Made by a program: the position numbers and the translations under genes
The notes under the pieces: model-generated
The model's database searches: none
Seen by the model: the letters and a program-made list of their open reading frames with translations, nothing else
Told to the model about the DNA's origin: nothing
In this document: positions 41,946-56,245 of the stretch, piece after piece
Numbering within the stretch: position 1 is the first letter of the stretch
Layout: every line of letters starts with the position of its first letter
Assembly: GCF_006345805.1 (NCBI RefSeq)
Contig: NC_042999.1
Span: forward strand, 58,094,001-58,158,000
Direction: 5' to 3'
From: Octopus sinensis
Lineage: Eukaryota
DNA length: 64,000 nucleotides

Positions 41946-42836
41946 CTAGCAGTATCGCCCGGCGTTGCTCGGGTTTGTAAGGGAAATAACTATATAAGCA
42001 TTTTTAGAGAGTTATAGCCAAGAAATAGCAAAAAATGCATTAAAAATGGAAAAAAAATTATGGTAAATTTTTTTTTAAATCGTTGACTCATCGTAGACAT
42101 TTTTAGAGAGTTACTTCCCTTATATAATAGCGAAAAAATGCATTAAAATGGAAAAAATAATGGTAAATTTTTTTTTAAATCGTAGACGCGCGCTAATACC
42201 CAGAAGGGCTCGATATGAATCACGACTATAAGATACCCGGTTTTGGTTAAACTGCACCGCAAAATGTGGGAGTAGTTAGGAATCTAAATCGTAGGAGACA
42301 GACACACAACTTCACTTTTATATATAAAGACTAGCAGTATCGCCCGGCGTTGCTCGGGTTTGTAAGGGAAATAACTATATAAGCATTTTTAGAGAGTTAC
42401 TTCCCTTATAAATTCGGGCTTTCTTAGCCATTTTTGTTTTGGTGTCTTCAAGCCATGAAGTCGTTGTTCTAAAAGAACGCTGGTTTCCTTCACAATGCAT
42501 TACGACGTTGATTTCTTTACACTCCCTTCCCACAGCTTCACGAGGGAGGGAAGGGGGAGAAGCAAACAGGTGCAGCTGTGAGCGTGGACACCAACTCCGC
42601 CGCCATCGACATACGATGCATTTTATGCATTAAAATGGAATAAAAAAATGATGTTAAATTATTTTTAAAATCGTAGACTCATCGTTGACGCGCGCTAATA
42701 GTCAGACGGGCTCGATATGAATCACGACTATAAGATACCCGAATTTGGTTAAACTGCACCGCAAAATGTGGGAGGAGTTAGGAATCTAAATCGAAGGGGA
42801 CAGACACTCACACAACTAGAGTTTTATATATATAGA
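41946..42836 (-). mobile_element. Two further non-autonomous Helitrons in tandem (41946-42330 and 42331-42836)
   Basis: Each runs TC...TATATATAAAA to CCCGAGCAACGCCGGG...CTAG; they abut exactly head to tail. Confidence 0.85.
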
Positions 42837-43506
42837 TATTTTCGTCCTAAAAAACTTTGTATGGATTGAATGGTTACCTCTATGGAAATATATACACGCA
42901 CATTATACATACATGTGTGTATAGATGAATATATAAATACATTTAAATATCTATATACACTTTTGGGCGATCTTTCTGTTTCTTAGAGATAACTTTAGAT
43001 CTTATTTTCGTCCTAAAAACTTTGTATGGAGTGAATGGTTACCTCTATGGAAATATATACACACACGTTATACATATTATGTACAGATGTATGTATAATG
43101 TGTGTGTATATATTTCCATAGACGTAACCATTCACTCCACACAAAGTTTTTTAGGACGAAAATAAGATCTAAAGTTATCTCTAAGTAGCACAAAGATCGC
43201 CCAAAAGTGTATATAGATATATAAATGTATTTATATATTCATCTATGCACACATGTATGTATAACGTGTGTGTATATATTTCCATAGAGGTAACCATTCA
43301 CTCCATACAAAGTTTTTTAGGACGAAAATAAGATCTAAAGTTATCTCTAAGAAACAGAAAGATCGCCCAAAAGTGTATATAGATATTTATATGTATTTAT
43401 ATGTATTTATATATTCATCTATACACACATGTATGTATAATGTGCGTGTATATATTTCCATAGAGGTAACCATTCAATCCATACAAAGTTTTTTAGGACG
43501 AAAATA
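42837..43506. repeat. Fold-back array of ~166-bp units (about 1.5 units forward and 2.5 inverted)
   Basis: TATTTTCGTCC at 42837 and 43003; GGACGAAAATA near 43154, 43320 and 43496; symmetry axis near 43080. Confidence 0.9.
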
Positions 43507-44454
<948 letters not shown>

Positions 44455-44634
44455 CATTAAAAAAAAGAATGAAATTTTTGTGTATAGTGCTCAGGTGCAC
44501 TACAGCTTATCAACGGTGCATGTATAGTACATATGTACAAATGTCAGGAAGTGAACAGTCTGTCATAATATACATGTGTGCATGCGTATAACGGGGTGGG
44601 GGATATCAGGTGTAGTGTTGGCGAATTCAGGAAG

Positions 44635-44670
<36 letters not shown>

Positions 44671-45137
44671 CTTATTGAATTTACAGAGTCTCGGGGATTC
44701 TGTAAAAAATAAATAAATAAATAAAATAAACTGCGTCTAAATTAAGATCACTAATTATACAGAAGGAATTATTATATTGTCCTTCCGTCATCCAGTTGTA
44801 TCACAAATTTTTCGAATATCTATTGCAGCTGTCTCGCCAAGTAAACAAATATTATTATCAACTGGGAATATTTACTACACACAAATATCGTGAATGCTGC
44901 GAAAAACATGCTACGGAGTAGGCGACGCTGAATATCACAAAATATTGACTTATGTTTTTGGTTCGAGAAACTTTGGATATTTCAGTTATGATCTTGACAT
45001 TAGTGCACTCTTAAAAACAAATAATAGCTTAAATATAATTTGGGGGACAGAAATCAGTCGGCGTAATGTTTCTAGCGATTGCAGGATGTTTTAGAAATCG
45101 ACAATAATGAAAAATAAAAGCATGCGTAAATACTAAC

Positions 45138-45150
45138 CGTTGTTTTCCAT
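45138..45150 (-). CDS. Candidate alternative first coding exon (MENN-) of the minus-strand gene
   Basis: GAAATGG start context, donor ACG|gttagt, phase 1 (compatible with 22001-22057), in a repeat-free CpG-enriched patch. Confidence 0.35.
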
Positions 45151-45554
45151 TTCTATTTTCTTTTGTATTTCGTTTCGTTACTAACAGTTCGTGATTTCAC
45201 AATTTGCAGAAACGTGTTTTCGCCGATACAGAAAGTAATGTCCGTGGTTTCTGTTTCTAAGAAGCTAACGAAATGAAACCACCTGGTCCAAGATTATGTT
45301 TGGTGTCTTTGTGTATAGTAACAGATATTTGAGTACTCCACGCATGTACCTTGTTTAATTTCTCTCAACCATTTGAAGCTATTGCTAATTTCTGAAGATT
45401 AAAACAAAAACGAAATTTTTGTTATCAGCATGAAAAACTACATCTCAACAAGATAAAAATATATTCATATCTCGTGAAAAATTGATATATTTCAAATTGT
45501 TGGAAGAAATTTATCAAGATCCTAGAGTTTAGTAACTTATTCAAGGTTGAAATA

Positions 45555-45818
45555 GGTACATTTTGGTTTTCCCACCCTCATTCAAAAATTGGGTTATCTC
45601 CCCTCTAAAATGTTGAGTTTCTGTGGCTTCAATAAGATTTTTCAGTTTTGTATCATTTGTTATAAAAATATTATCAGATTCAATAAGATGTTTAATCTTT
45701 TCGATTTTCATGTCTATTAATTTTTCTTTTTTTTTTTCTTTTTTTTAGGGTTAAACAATTTTTTTAGTTGGGGGAGGTAACCCCATTTTTAATGGGGATG
45801 AGATAACCAAATTGTACC
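45555..45818. mobile_element. Old MITE with GGTAC termini (Merlin-like)
   Basis: GGTACATTTTGGTT ... AACCAAATTGTACC imperfect ~60-bp inverted arms; flanks TTGAAATA / CTGAAATG. Confidence 0.55.
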
Positions 45819-46214
45819 CTGAAATGTTATAAACCTACAGTAGAAAGCCTAACTTTAGGATGCATTTTTAACTGTCGTATATGAAAGTGGTCACCAGAAA
45901 CTGTTAGGTCAAAAATGTGCGGTGTGCCTATTTAAATTGTGAGTTATTTTAAAGAAGTATGTTCTCTTGATACTTATGGGAAAGGCGGCGAGCTGGCAGA
46001 ACCGTTAGCACGCCGGGCGAAATGCGTGGCCGTATTTCGTCGACGAGGTCGACTTTGCCTTTCATCCTTTCGGGGTCGATAAATTAAGTACCAGTTACGC
46101 ATTGGAGTCGATGTAATCGACTTGATCCGTTTTTCTGTCCTTGTTTGTCATCATGTCCTATGTTTAGCCCCTTGTGGTTAATAAAGAAACAGATACTTAT
46201 GGGAATATATATAA

Positions 46215-46490
46215 ATAATGAAATTATTGTACACAGTGCTCAGGTGCACCACAACTTGTCAGAAAGTGCATATAAAGTACATGCAGTAATGTAAAAATGT
46301 CTGGAAAGCGAACAATGTATGAGTCAGATACATGCCTGTGTGTGTATGGAGGGGAGAAAATCAGGTGTAGTGTTGGCGAATCTCAGAAAGCATGGAAGTT
46401 TTGAAGGATGCAGTGCTCCGACAACTAACAACTGATGCCGGCAGTTTGTTCCATGCTTCAGCAACTCTCAGCGTGAAAAAATGTTTCCTG
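46215..46490 (-). mobile_element. CR1-type LINE 3' end; second copy at ~44475-44636
   Basis: RKHFFTLRVAEAWNKLPASVV...SFK is the typical CR1 C-terminus. Confidence 0.8.
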
Positions 46491-49400
46491 AAGACAATAT
46501 AAAAAGAAATCAGAAAACAATAACAAACACGCATATTATTGATTTCCTTTTTCAAACAAACAATAATGTTTCAAATATGCATTTTTAATCAGCAATTTTG
46601 AACTTTGTAAAATATATAGTTATGTCCCTTACATTTAATTTTTTTTTTTTTTTTGCGGTAGTGTACCAGTTGGCTGGACAATGCATAGGCATTAAATTAA
46701 ACGAAAAAGTCTCTATGTAGTCACTCGACGTACTAGAATAACAACAAAATCGCTTTCCAATCATACCCGATTGTCTTTACTGTAAATAAAATAACAGACG
46801 GTCTGCGTCCCCAGTTTGAGAAACACTGCACTTGAGTAATTTGAGATTTAAATAAAGAAAGCTGTATATTACTCAGAACGTATGAAACAAGGGCTAATTT
46901 AGTTTGAATTAAAAAAAAAATGGTATGAACGTTATGGACAAATTTATGAAAATGCTTTGAATAGGCAAATGGTTAATTTCGATTCACAGATTAAATAAAA
47001 AGTTAAATATATATATCAAATAAGATCTTTCAATGAAAGAAATTATACAAGTATGTTAAGCTTCATGCATCAGTATTGTTAACCGAATTTAAAACTTCAG
47101 AACATAGAGATAAGAGTTATGTCCCTTGCAGCAGACGCACTTTAAATATTACAACTCTCAAAATGAGAAATATTGTTTATTTACTAGCCCCTCCTCTTTT
47201 AAGGATCACTCTGTGAAGAAAGAGCAGGGCCTCCCAGATTGTATTAACGTTAGATTACTGTTGTGCTAATATCATAAAATAACTTGAGGGAAAATTAAAA
47301 AATGGTGTAGTTATGGCTGGAATATGTTAATTTTGTCAGCTTCCTTCTCGAGCCACGCCTGACTCATAAGGGCCGGTTTCCTTGGTGTATAGGTTCCCCA
47401 CCTGGACGGGACGCCGGTCCGTCACAGGTGAGCTGCAAGATACAGGGGGAAAGAGTGAGAGAAAGTTGTGGCGAAAGAGTCAGCAGAAGTTCGCCATTAC
47501 CTTCTGCCAGAGCCGCGTGCAGCTTAGGTGTTTCGCTCATAAACATGCACATCGCCCGGTATGAGATTCGAACCAGCTATCCCTCGACCGCGAGTTCACT
47601 GCTCTAACCACTAAGCCATGTGCCTCCACTAATCTTGTCAGCTGGGTTGATTTAGAGGGCAACAGTAAGAGGGAGTATTCATATGACCCTATCACATTTT
47701 GATGCAAAAAACAAATTGACAAGCCAACATGGTAGTCTTTTAAGATAAAAGAAGGAATCCACTACATGGTTGCTTGGCCTGCAAGAAATACAAATCAAGT
47801 CTCCATTAGATCCTCTTAAAGAAGGAAGGATGCATTGGTTAAACCAGCCACAGAAATATTGTGTCTACAGTCATCACAACTTAGTGCTAAGCTAGTTAAT
47901 CTAAGTATTCTTGAATACATTTTAAATAAGCAACAGAATGCATTAACGGCATTCTAGTGCATGGCAGGGAAGTAATTTGTCAAGGATTAACTATTGTTTA
48001 GGATTGCACTATTTTCTGCATCTGGGGCTGGAATCCAATGCTTAAGGAGCATCATTGGAAATATAATGAAAAAAAAAAAAAAGAGAGGGCGAAAATGGAC
48101 ACCTACCCTACAATGTCATTCACTGAAATCTTCAGGCTACAAGATAATGCATGCTTAATTGAAAATACTGTGATTATATAAGCATTGCATTTGACAAAGA
48201 AATCTGAATGTTAAAGAGTTAAAGGAATTAAACAGAAGTCAGTTTAACAGCACATTGCTTACAGTTGATATGCAGGAAACTGTTGGATTTGTATTTCATA
48301 GCAAGTGTCATTGTACAGTTGACTATAGTATATAATTTCGTTTTGGGATTTGGTTTGCAAGATTCTTTATGAGTTCATGTGTTGAAGCATATGCTGTTGT
48401 GTCTGGAGAGTCATTTCAACGTAACACACTCACCAGTAATAGTCAAGACTATTGAATAGGTTGCAAGACGCAACGAAAAGTTTAGGAAAATAAAAATAAG
48501 AAATAAGTGGAAATTTTACTGGTGAGTGTGTTACATTATAAGGCACAAAAAGAAAATGACTCTCCCCAGACACAACAGAATATTGTATATAACATATTCT
48601 ATGTAATGAACATCAAAAATCTATTTTGAATTAGTTATACAGTAAGAGATAAATGATATTAACTTCATGATTATTTTTTAACCATTTGGGCAATTATTTA
48701 TTTTGGAGATAATGTTTTCATAATCTCACTCAAATAGTTAAAATATTAAAAGAAAAATAAATACTCACTCTTTTACTACAAGTTTTTTAACTGTTGCTGA
48801 AAAAATAATCTATAGCAATTTAGTTTTAGGTAGGCCATTGTTGTGAAAAAAAAAATACAGCAAACTGAAATAAATAAATAAAAGAAGGGATCTTTTCACT
48901 TTGACCGGTAGATTTTTAAAATAATTTCTATGTAACTAAAAAGTTTTAAACTTCGTATACTGGTAGAATGTGTTTATAAAACATCTTTTTCTTTTGGCTT
49001 TCTTGAGAAAATTCTGTAGTTTGTAACATGTTTGTTGTTTAATTTCTTGCATTTCGGCAATTTCAACCAATCAATGACGTCTATTGAGGTGAAAACAATT
49101 TCTCCGTAAACATTTTCTGGCGGCGTCATATGAAAATGTCCCTGTTTTTTATGAGAAAAAAGATACCCTGTGGCCATAAACTGAGGGGTCACTCGTAAAC
49201 AGAGCTGGATATCAAAACCGTTCCCTCTTTAGTGTCCACCCATAATTATGACCCTAGTATCGATCTACTGCATTTCAATCTGTTTTAGGGTTAGGGGTGG
49301 GGGGAAGGATATCTTTTTTTCTTCAGAAATGTAAATAAACCCAATCTGTTTCTTAAACGAATATATAATATGTAACAGGGACATTTTCATATGACGCCAC

Positions 49401-50311
49401 CAGAAAATGTATTTTGAGGAAAGAACCATGTCTTCAACATGTTTGGAGAAAAAACAACATCTGGGTTATATTATATAAATAATAAATGTATCAGTCTTTA
49501 TAATTTAAATTGGCACTTATTACTGCTACGAAATGAGTACAAATTATATTTTCAAATTCAAGTGGAGTGAGAGTTTGATTTTTTTAAAGGATTATTGTAT
49601 TTGCTCTTAAAATTTTTAAAGCTAATTCAAATTGTTATACTGCAGATAACCTCTTTAAAAATCATTAACCACAGAAATTAATTGAAAGTAATTATATCTT
49701 ATAAAAGTAAGAGATTAGATAATATTCCTTACATAAACAATAACAGAAACACTGAGGGCAGATAGAAGAAACCGCTAACAATGGAAGTCTCTATCAGACA
49801 TAGTAGAGTCAGTGATAACATACTTATTGTGATTAACTGAAAAATTTTAATTAATTAAAGTTGCACCTGTAGTAAGAGGGGGAAAAAATCATTAAGCTTA
49901 ATGATCAATGTCAGGAAAAGCAAGGTTAGGTAAGTTCAAAATTTAAATTGAAAAAAATTAACTAAACTTTGAATGGGGGTCTAAAGTGGGTGACAACTCC
50001 AAACATGTTTTCGTCTCATCAGACCTCCTCAGCTAAACATAATCTTACCAACATTGCTAAACCTGAAGTGACTGAGAGATAATTATAGTGTTTTAGTAAA
50101 TAAACATTGACTGGTGTGACAGAAAGAACCATATAGAGTCAAGTTGGTGTCAATATTGTTCACTGCATTGAATGTACCTAACTGTTGATTTTTTATGCAG
50201 ATGATGTTTCTGAGGAATTAACCTTAATGATTTGTTCCACATGCTAAATTATAAACATTAACATGTTACTATATCGTGTATTAGTAATACTTGCACGATT
50301 CTGAGGAAATA

Positions 50312-50877
50312 TTGGGTTGTCTGGAAAGTTCGTGCCGATTTTTAAAGGCAAGAAAAAGGTCAATAAATACTTGCCATTACATTTTTAATCAACCAAATAT
50401 GAACCATTTTGTTGCTCAATGCATCTTCATCTTTCCTTTAACTTGAAAATACCCTCTTCCCAGAATTGAGGTGGTTTCATGGCAAAGAATTCATCAAGGT
50501 ATCTTTTTACGTCATCCAAGGAATTGAAATTTTTACCATTAAGACTATTCTGCAGAGACCTGAATAAGTGGAAATCCGAAGGAGCAATATCTGGTGAATA
50601 TGGAGGGTGGGGTAACACATCCCAGCCAAGCTGCAGCAATTTTTGTCTGGTTCCCAAAGCATAAAGTGCCAAAAATGAACTTTCTTATCTTCCATTTTAA
50701 AGGGTTACAGAATTAACACAGGTTTTAGGAACATAAACCTCCTTCCACGAAAAGATAGCTTAAACTGTGCTCTAAATGGAAGTGTAGTCAAATCCTATTT
50801 TATGGACTCAACCATGTTCTAAAATAAGTTGAAAGGTAAGCAACTGTAAATCAGCACGAACTTTCCGGACAACCTAA
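50312..50877 (-). mobile_element. Internally deleted mariner
   Basis: TA|TTGGGTTGTCTGGAAAGTTCGTGC ... GCACGAACTTTCCGGACAACCTAA|TA; HPPYSPDIAPSDFHLF motif. Confidence 0.92.
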
Positions 50878-52589
50878 TAATATTGGTGGAGGAGAGGAGG
50901 AATCGAAATATTGGAGAAGTGTGCACAGATGGATGTAATTTACCTAACAAAATAGTCTCTATGTAGTCACTCGACCTACTAGAAATAACAACAAAATCAC
51001 TTTCCAGTCATACTTGAAGATCAGAGACTTGAAATGTTCTGGATTGCTAGACAGTATATCAGTGAGAATTGAGATCTTGTAGGAAAGAAGTGTGTGCAGA
51101 TGGATAACGGTATGCTTGCACCTATTGATGTGGACAAGAAAGAGGCATAGGAAAGTTACTATGTGAGATTATTGAATCTAGAGAATGAATGGAACAAAGA
51201 GAGTATCCCTCATGTGAACCCAAAGGGATATTTGTATCGTACAATCTTTCTATCACTCGAAGAGAGAAATCTTTCATAGTCAACAGTGGTAACAGCTCTT
51301 TGAATTTCCTCCATCCTACTCTTATTCAAATTATCATACTCTCTGTGCATCCTCTCCTACTAACAGAGCATTTCAGGTATGACTGGAAAGTGATTTTGTT
51401 GTTATTTCTAGTGGGTCGAGTGACTACATAGAGACTATATTGTTAGTTAAATTTTATCCATCAGTGCACACTTGTCCAAAATCTCGATTCTCACTGATAC
51501 ATTGTCTAGCAATCCAGAACATTTCAAATTTCTGATCTTCATGCAGTAGGACTTTGGCAAACCTCTTCTTTTTTGCTTCTACCCCAGCTAGATAAACTTG
51601 ATGTCTAACCTCCTTTTAGCTTTCTGATATGATTCTTTGCTACTCCTAGTGGACATCAGTATGGAAGATAAAGCAATAAAAACTATGAAAACTGGCTCAA
51701 AATATCTGGTAAGGTTGGATATGGGCTAGTCACCTGCATAGTTAATCAGGTCATTCAGGAAGGTGTAATATCCAAAGACAAGCATAGCAGCATTATTGTT
51801 AGTAGCTACAAGGGTAAGAGTAATGCTTTAGATAGATACAATTATAGAGGCATAAAACTCCTGGATCAGGTGATAAAAATTATGGAGAGAGATATTAATT
51901 AGGAACAGAATTAGGCTAGGCAAAATGCAGTATGGCTTCGTCCAGAGAAGAAGCACTATCGATGCTTTTTTCATAGTTAGGCAACTGCAAGAGAAGTACT
52001 TAGCTAAGAATAAAACATTATATTTGGCAGTCATTGATTTAGAGAAAGCCTTTGAGAAAGTACCCTGCTGTGTGATATGGTGAGCTCTGAGGAGGCTAAG
52101 GATAGACAAGTAGTTGGTGGAAGCTGTACAGGCCATGTACAAAGATGCTGTTAGTAAGGTGAGAGTTAACCACCAGTGATGAGTTTGGTGTACAGGTAGG
52201 GGTTCATCAAGGTTCACTCCTCAGTCCCCTCCTTTTCATCATTGTCCTTTAGGCCATAACAGAAGAATTCAAGACTAGCAGTCCATGGGAACTACCAAAT
52301 GTTGATGGTCTTGCCTTCAAAGCAGATTCCATATTGTGGTGTCGGTGGAGAGGACGACAGATAGGGGAGGGCGGAAGTAGGGCTTGCAGGGCGCATGCGC
52401 GGCAGGAAGCGGTGAGGGACGATGCACGTGTGGCATCAACGAAGCGGCAGTTGGAGCTGAGACGAGGAAGCGACGAGACGCATTGACTTTGTTGAGAGAG
52501 ATCTGATCTTCGCTGAGTTTGGTAGATTAATCTTCGCCGAGGTAAGACCTAATTATATTTCCTTTCTCCTTTTCATCATTCACACCACA

Positions 52590-52601
52590 AGCTATTTCGG
52601 C
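52590..52601 (+). promoter_or_regulatory. Putative non-canonical primer-binding site complementary to tRNA-Phe nt 1-12
   Basis: AGCTATTTCGGC is the reverse complement of GCCGAAATAGCT and starts immediately after the 5' LTR. Confidence 0.65.
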
Positions 52602-52642
52602 ATATAAACAAAAACAATTCTCACACGGTTTTATAAATAAAA

Positions 52643-53404
52643 ATGATGATGAGTGCCCGTATTTCGCACGAAATTATAAAACCATTTTGCAGTGACACGG
52701 ATGTAGTCGCTTGGCTGAAGAAAGTGAAGTTGGTGGCGAAGCTCCATGGTATAAGTGACCTGGCGAGCTTCATGCCGCTGTACTTGGATGGTCCAGTGTT
52801 GGCGTTGTATTTAGAGATGGAAGAGACAGACCAACTTAGCGCGGAGAAAGTGGAAGTCCTATTGATGGAGGCCTTTGCAGAGGGAATGTTCGAGGCATAC
52901 GCTCGCCTGGGTAGAACAAGATGGACTGGGCAACAAGTGGACGTGTTTGCCAATGAACTTAGGAGATTGGCTAAACTGGCGGGTTACGAGGGAGAGTCGC
53001 TGGACCGGACAGTTAGGTTGGCGTTCGTGACTGGCTTTCCCGACAACATGTCGGTCGAGCTACAGCAGCTTCCGAATGTGCATTCGATGCCGATGGTGGA
53101 CATCATATCTCGGGCACGCGTACTAGTTTCATGCAGCAGGATGACGTCGGTAGCAGCGACTGCAACATCGAAAAGTAGCCCAGCTAGGAGCAGCGGAGAG
53201 GGGCTAAAGAAAGAACATGTGCGACCGTTCAAAGGACAGTGTTTCCGGTGCCAAGGTTCACACATGGTGCGTGACTGTGTGTCACCCAAGCCTGAGGTGA
53301 TTTGCTACCAGTGTCGAGAGCCGGGGCATATAGCCAGTGAGTGTCTTCGGGGAAATGGACTGCGGGAGACTACTGCACCGGTAGTTGTCCCTTCGAATCA
53401 GTAG
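52643..53404 (+). CDS. gag: Gag of the LTR element
   Basis: 253-aa open frame with two CCHC knuckles (CFRCQGSHMVRDC, CYQCREPGHIASEC). Confidence 0.9.
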   Translation: MMMSARISHEIIKPFCSDTDVVAWLKKVKLVAKLHGISDLASFMPLYLDGPVLALYLEMEETDQLSAEKVEVLLMEAFAEGMFEAYARLGRTRWTGQQVDVFANELRRLAKLAGYEGESLDRTVRLAFVTGFPDNMSVELQQLPNVHSMPMVDIISRARVLVSCSRMTSVAATATSKSSPARSSGEGLKKEHVRPFKGQCFRCQGSHMVRDCVSPKPEVICYQCREPGHIASECLRGNGLRETTAPVVVPSNQ

Positions 53405-56245
53405 AGGTGCGCTTATCGTCACTACCTGTGGTCGACATTCTGGTGGAGGGGAAGATGTTGCGAGCCCTGTGGACACGGGCTGTACAACAACCCTGATGAC
53501 TACAGAAGTGGCAGAGACGTGGAGTGGAGGAAGCAGTGTTAGAGCTGTCGACGGAAGAGAAGTACACTGCGAAGGGGTTACAGATGCACGGATTGTGGTG
53601 CAGGGACTACAGCTGACGCTGCGAGCGATTGTGGTTGGTCACTTGGTGGATGAGTTCGACGTGGTGATGGGGATGGATGCAATCACCCACTTGGGAGGTG
53701 TCACCGTTAACGAGGCTGGTGTAACATTTGGTTGAGCGGGGAAACCGTGTAGGGCGAGACCATGCACCGGCGACAACTGTGAGGAAAAGCATGCTGCGCA
53801 CACCATTGAAGACCAGGATTTTCGGGCTGTCTTTGATGGCAAGAGGTGGACAGTGGAGTGGCACTGGAAGTAAGAGCCCCCGATGTTAAAGAATAAAGTG
53901 GGCTGCTATCAGCATACTCTAAAAGGAGATGCCAGAAGTGAGTTCGAGGGGGAGGTGGAGCGGTGGATTAAGGAGGCCATATTGATCCTTGGGAAAAAGA
54001 AGAGAGCGGAGTCCTGCCACAGATGGCGGTGATACAGCCCACAAAGCATAAGGTCAGGCCAGTGCTTGACTTCCGAGAGCTGAATGACCATGTATCGTGT
54101 CATACAGGCGGCGAGGCCACGGATGTCTGTGGAGACACCTTGCGAGAGTGGAGGCAGATGACAGGGGCCTCCACGATTGTTGATTTGAAGTTGGCATACC
54201 TACAGGTGCATGTGGCTGAGAAATTGTGGAAGTACCAGCTCGTCAGGTATAAGGGCTGGACGTACTGTCTGATCAGGTTGGGGTTCGGGCTGAATTCAGC
54301 GCCAAAGATTATGGCAACAATTCTCAAGGCCATCCTGGGAAAGGTGGACAGAGTAAAAAGGACCACCAATTTGTATATCGATGACATTCTGGTGGATGAA
54401 ACCGTAATACCAGCAATGGAGGTCATAGGCCACCTGAAGAGGTTTGGACTGATCGCCAAGCCACCAGAGGCAATGGAGGGAGGTGCTGCACTGGGCCTCA
54501 AGCTATGGAGAGACAAGGCCGGCGCATTGGTGTTCCGGCGAGGGAATGAGGTCCCTGAACTGGGCGCCAGCATGAGTAGACGGGAGCTGTTCTCTGTGTG
54601 TGGGAAGCTGGTGGGACACTACCCAATTGCAGGTTGGCTCCGGACAGCATGTAGCTTCATCAAGAGACGAGCCGAAGGAGTGAAGTGGAATGATAGAGTG
54701 GGGGAGAAGACGATCGACATGATGCAGGAAGTCTTGGTCAGTGTAGGAGCAGAGGACCCAGTGAGGGGCAGCTCGTATATTCCCAAATCAAAGAGCGGGA
54801 TTGTATGGTGTGACACCAGTAGCATCGCAACAGGGGTTGTCTTAGAAGTGGGAGGCGTCATGGTGGAAGATGCAGCCTGGCCCAGGAAGACGAATGACTG
54901 CAATCATATCAATGTGGCGGAGTTGGATGCCGTGTCGAAGGGGGTGAACCTCGCCTTGAAGTGGTGGTTGCACACCATAGAAATCAGGACTGATTTGGCC
55001 ACTGTACTTGGTTGGGTGACAGCAGTCATCACCAATGAGCGAAGGGTGCGGACCAAAGGGGCTGCAGAGATGCTGGTAAAGCGTCGATTGGGAATACTGA
55101 GTGAACTAACCACTGAGTTCAATCTGAAGCTGAACGTGATCTTTGTGCCTTCCAAGAAGAACAGGGCAGACGTCCTGACCAGAGTAAAGCGAGCCTGGTT
55201 GCAGGTGCCAGAGGATGCGAAGCAGGCTGTAGCTGCAGTATGCCGTCTGAGTGACTCGGAGTTGCGGAGACTGCATACCATGAATCACATGGGTGTGGAC
55301 AGGACATTGTTCCTAGCCAGAAAAGTTGACTCCGATGTAACAAGACAGCGTGCAGAGAGTGGTTAGCAGTTGTGACAGGTGCCAGTCCATCGACCCTGCT
55401 CCGGGCGTACATGAAGTGGGAAGTATTCCAGTGGACCATGACTGGAAACGACTGGCGGTGGACGTAACACACTACCGGCATGGGACATACCTCTCAATGG
55501 TTGACTGCGGACTGGGGTGGTTGGCCATATGGAGGGAGATGAAGACGGGGACCGCAGAAGAAATTGTGGAAGTGTTGAATGAGATATACCTGGAACGAGG
55601 CCCCGTGGATGAACTGCAGTGGATAATGGCACTGCATTTCGCTCGGATGTGCTGAAAGAAATGCTTGATGGGTGGAAGGTCAACCGCTCCTTCAGGGCGG
55701 CATACCGGCCAAGTGGAAATGGGGTGGTGGAAAGGCATCATCGTACCATCAAGGCCATGGCAGAGAGGGGTCACATTTCACCAATCGAGGCTGTATCTTG
55801 GTACAATATGCCACCCAGATCAGGACAGGCTGAGGAGTCGGTGTCACACAGGGCAATATTCAGGTACGAGTGGAGGCATCCGTGTACTGCATTAATGCGA
55901 CCTGGGGCAGAGGAAGAGCACGCCTTCGTGCAGGTCGGGGAAGAAGTTTGGGTAAAACCCCCAAATGCATGGTGTATATCACAATGGGGAAAGGGGACAA
56001 TAACCTCTGTAAATTCAAAGAATAACATCTCGGTCAATGGTATGCCACGCCACGTTTTGGATATACGGAGGATTGTCTATGCCTCAGAGGATGGGACCAG
56101 CAGCAGTGGGCAAGATGAAAACAACACCAGTAGACGGGATGAAGAGGCCAGCAGCAACATACCAGGAACCAGTCCTAGGTTCGCACTGCGACCACAGAGG
56201 GAACGGCACCCTCCTCCCTGGTTGGCTGATTATGAAACCAGTTAA
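53385..56245 (+). pseudogene. pol: Pol (protease, RT, RNase H, integrase), disrupted by stops and frameshifts
   Basis: VDTG protease; LDFRELN, GFGLNSAP, YIDD for RT; WCDTSS, HINVAEL, RTD for RNase H; HHCC plus VDVTH, MDNG, ERHHRT for integrase. Confidence 0.9.

Noticed and set aside
49995-50040. Hammerhead-like CTGAGGA...GAAA on the minus strand
   Set aside because: No convincing stem I pairing after the putative cleavage site; at most a remnant
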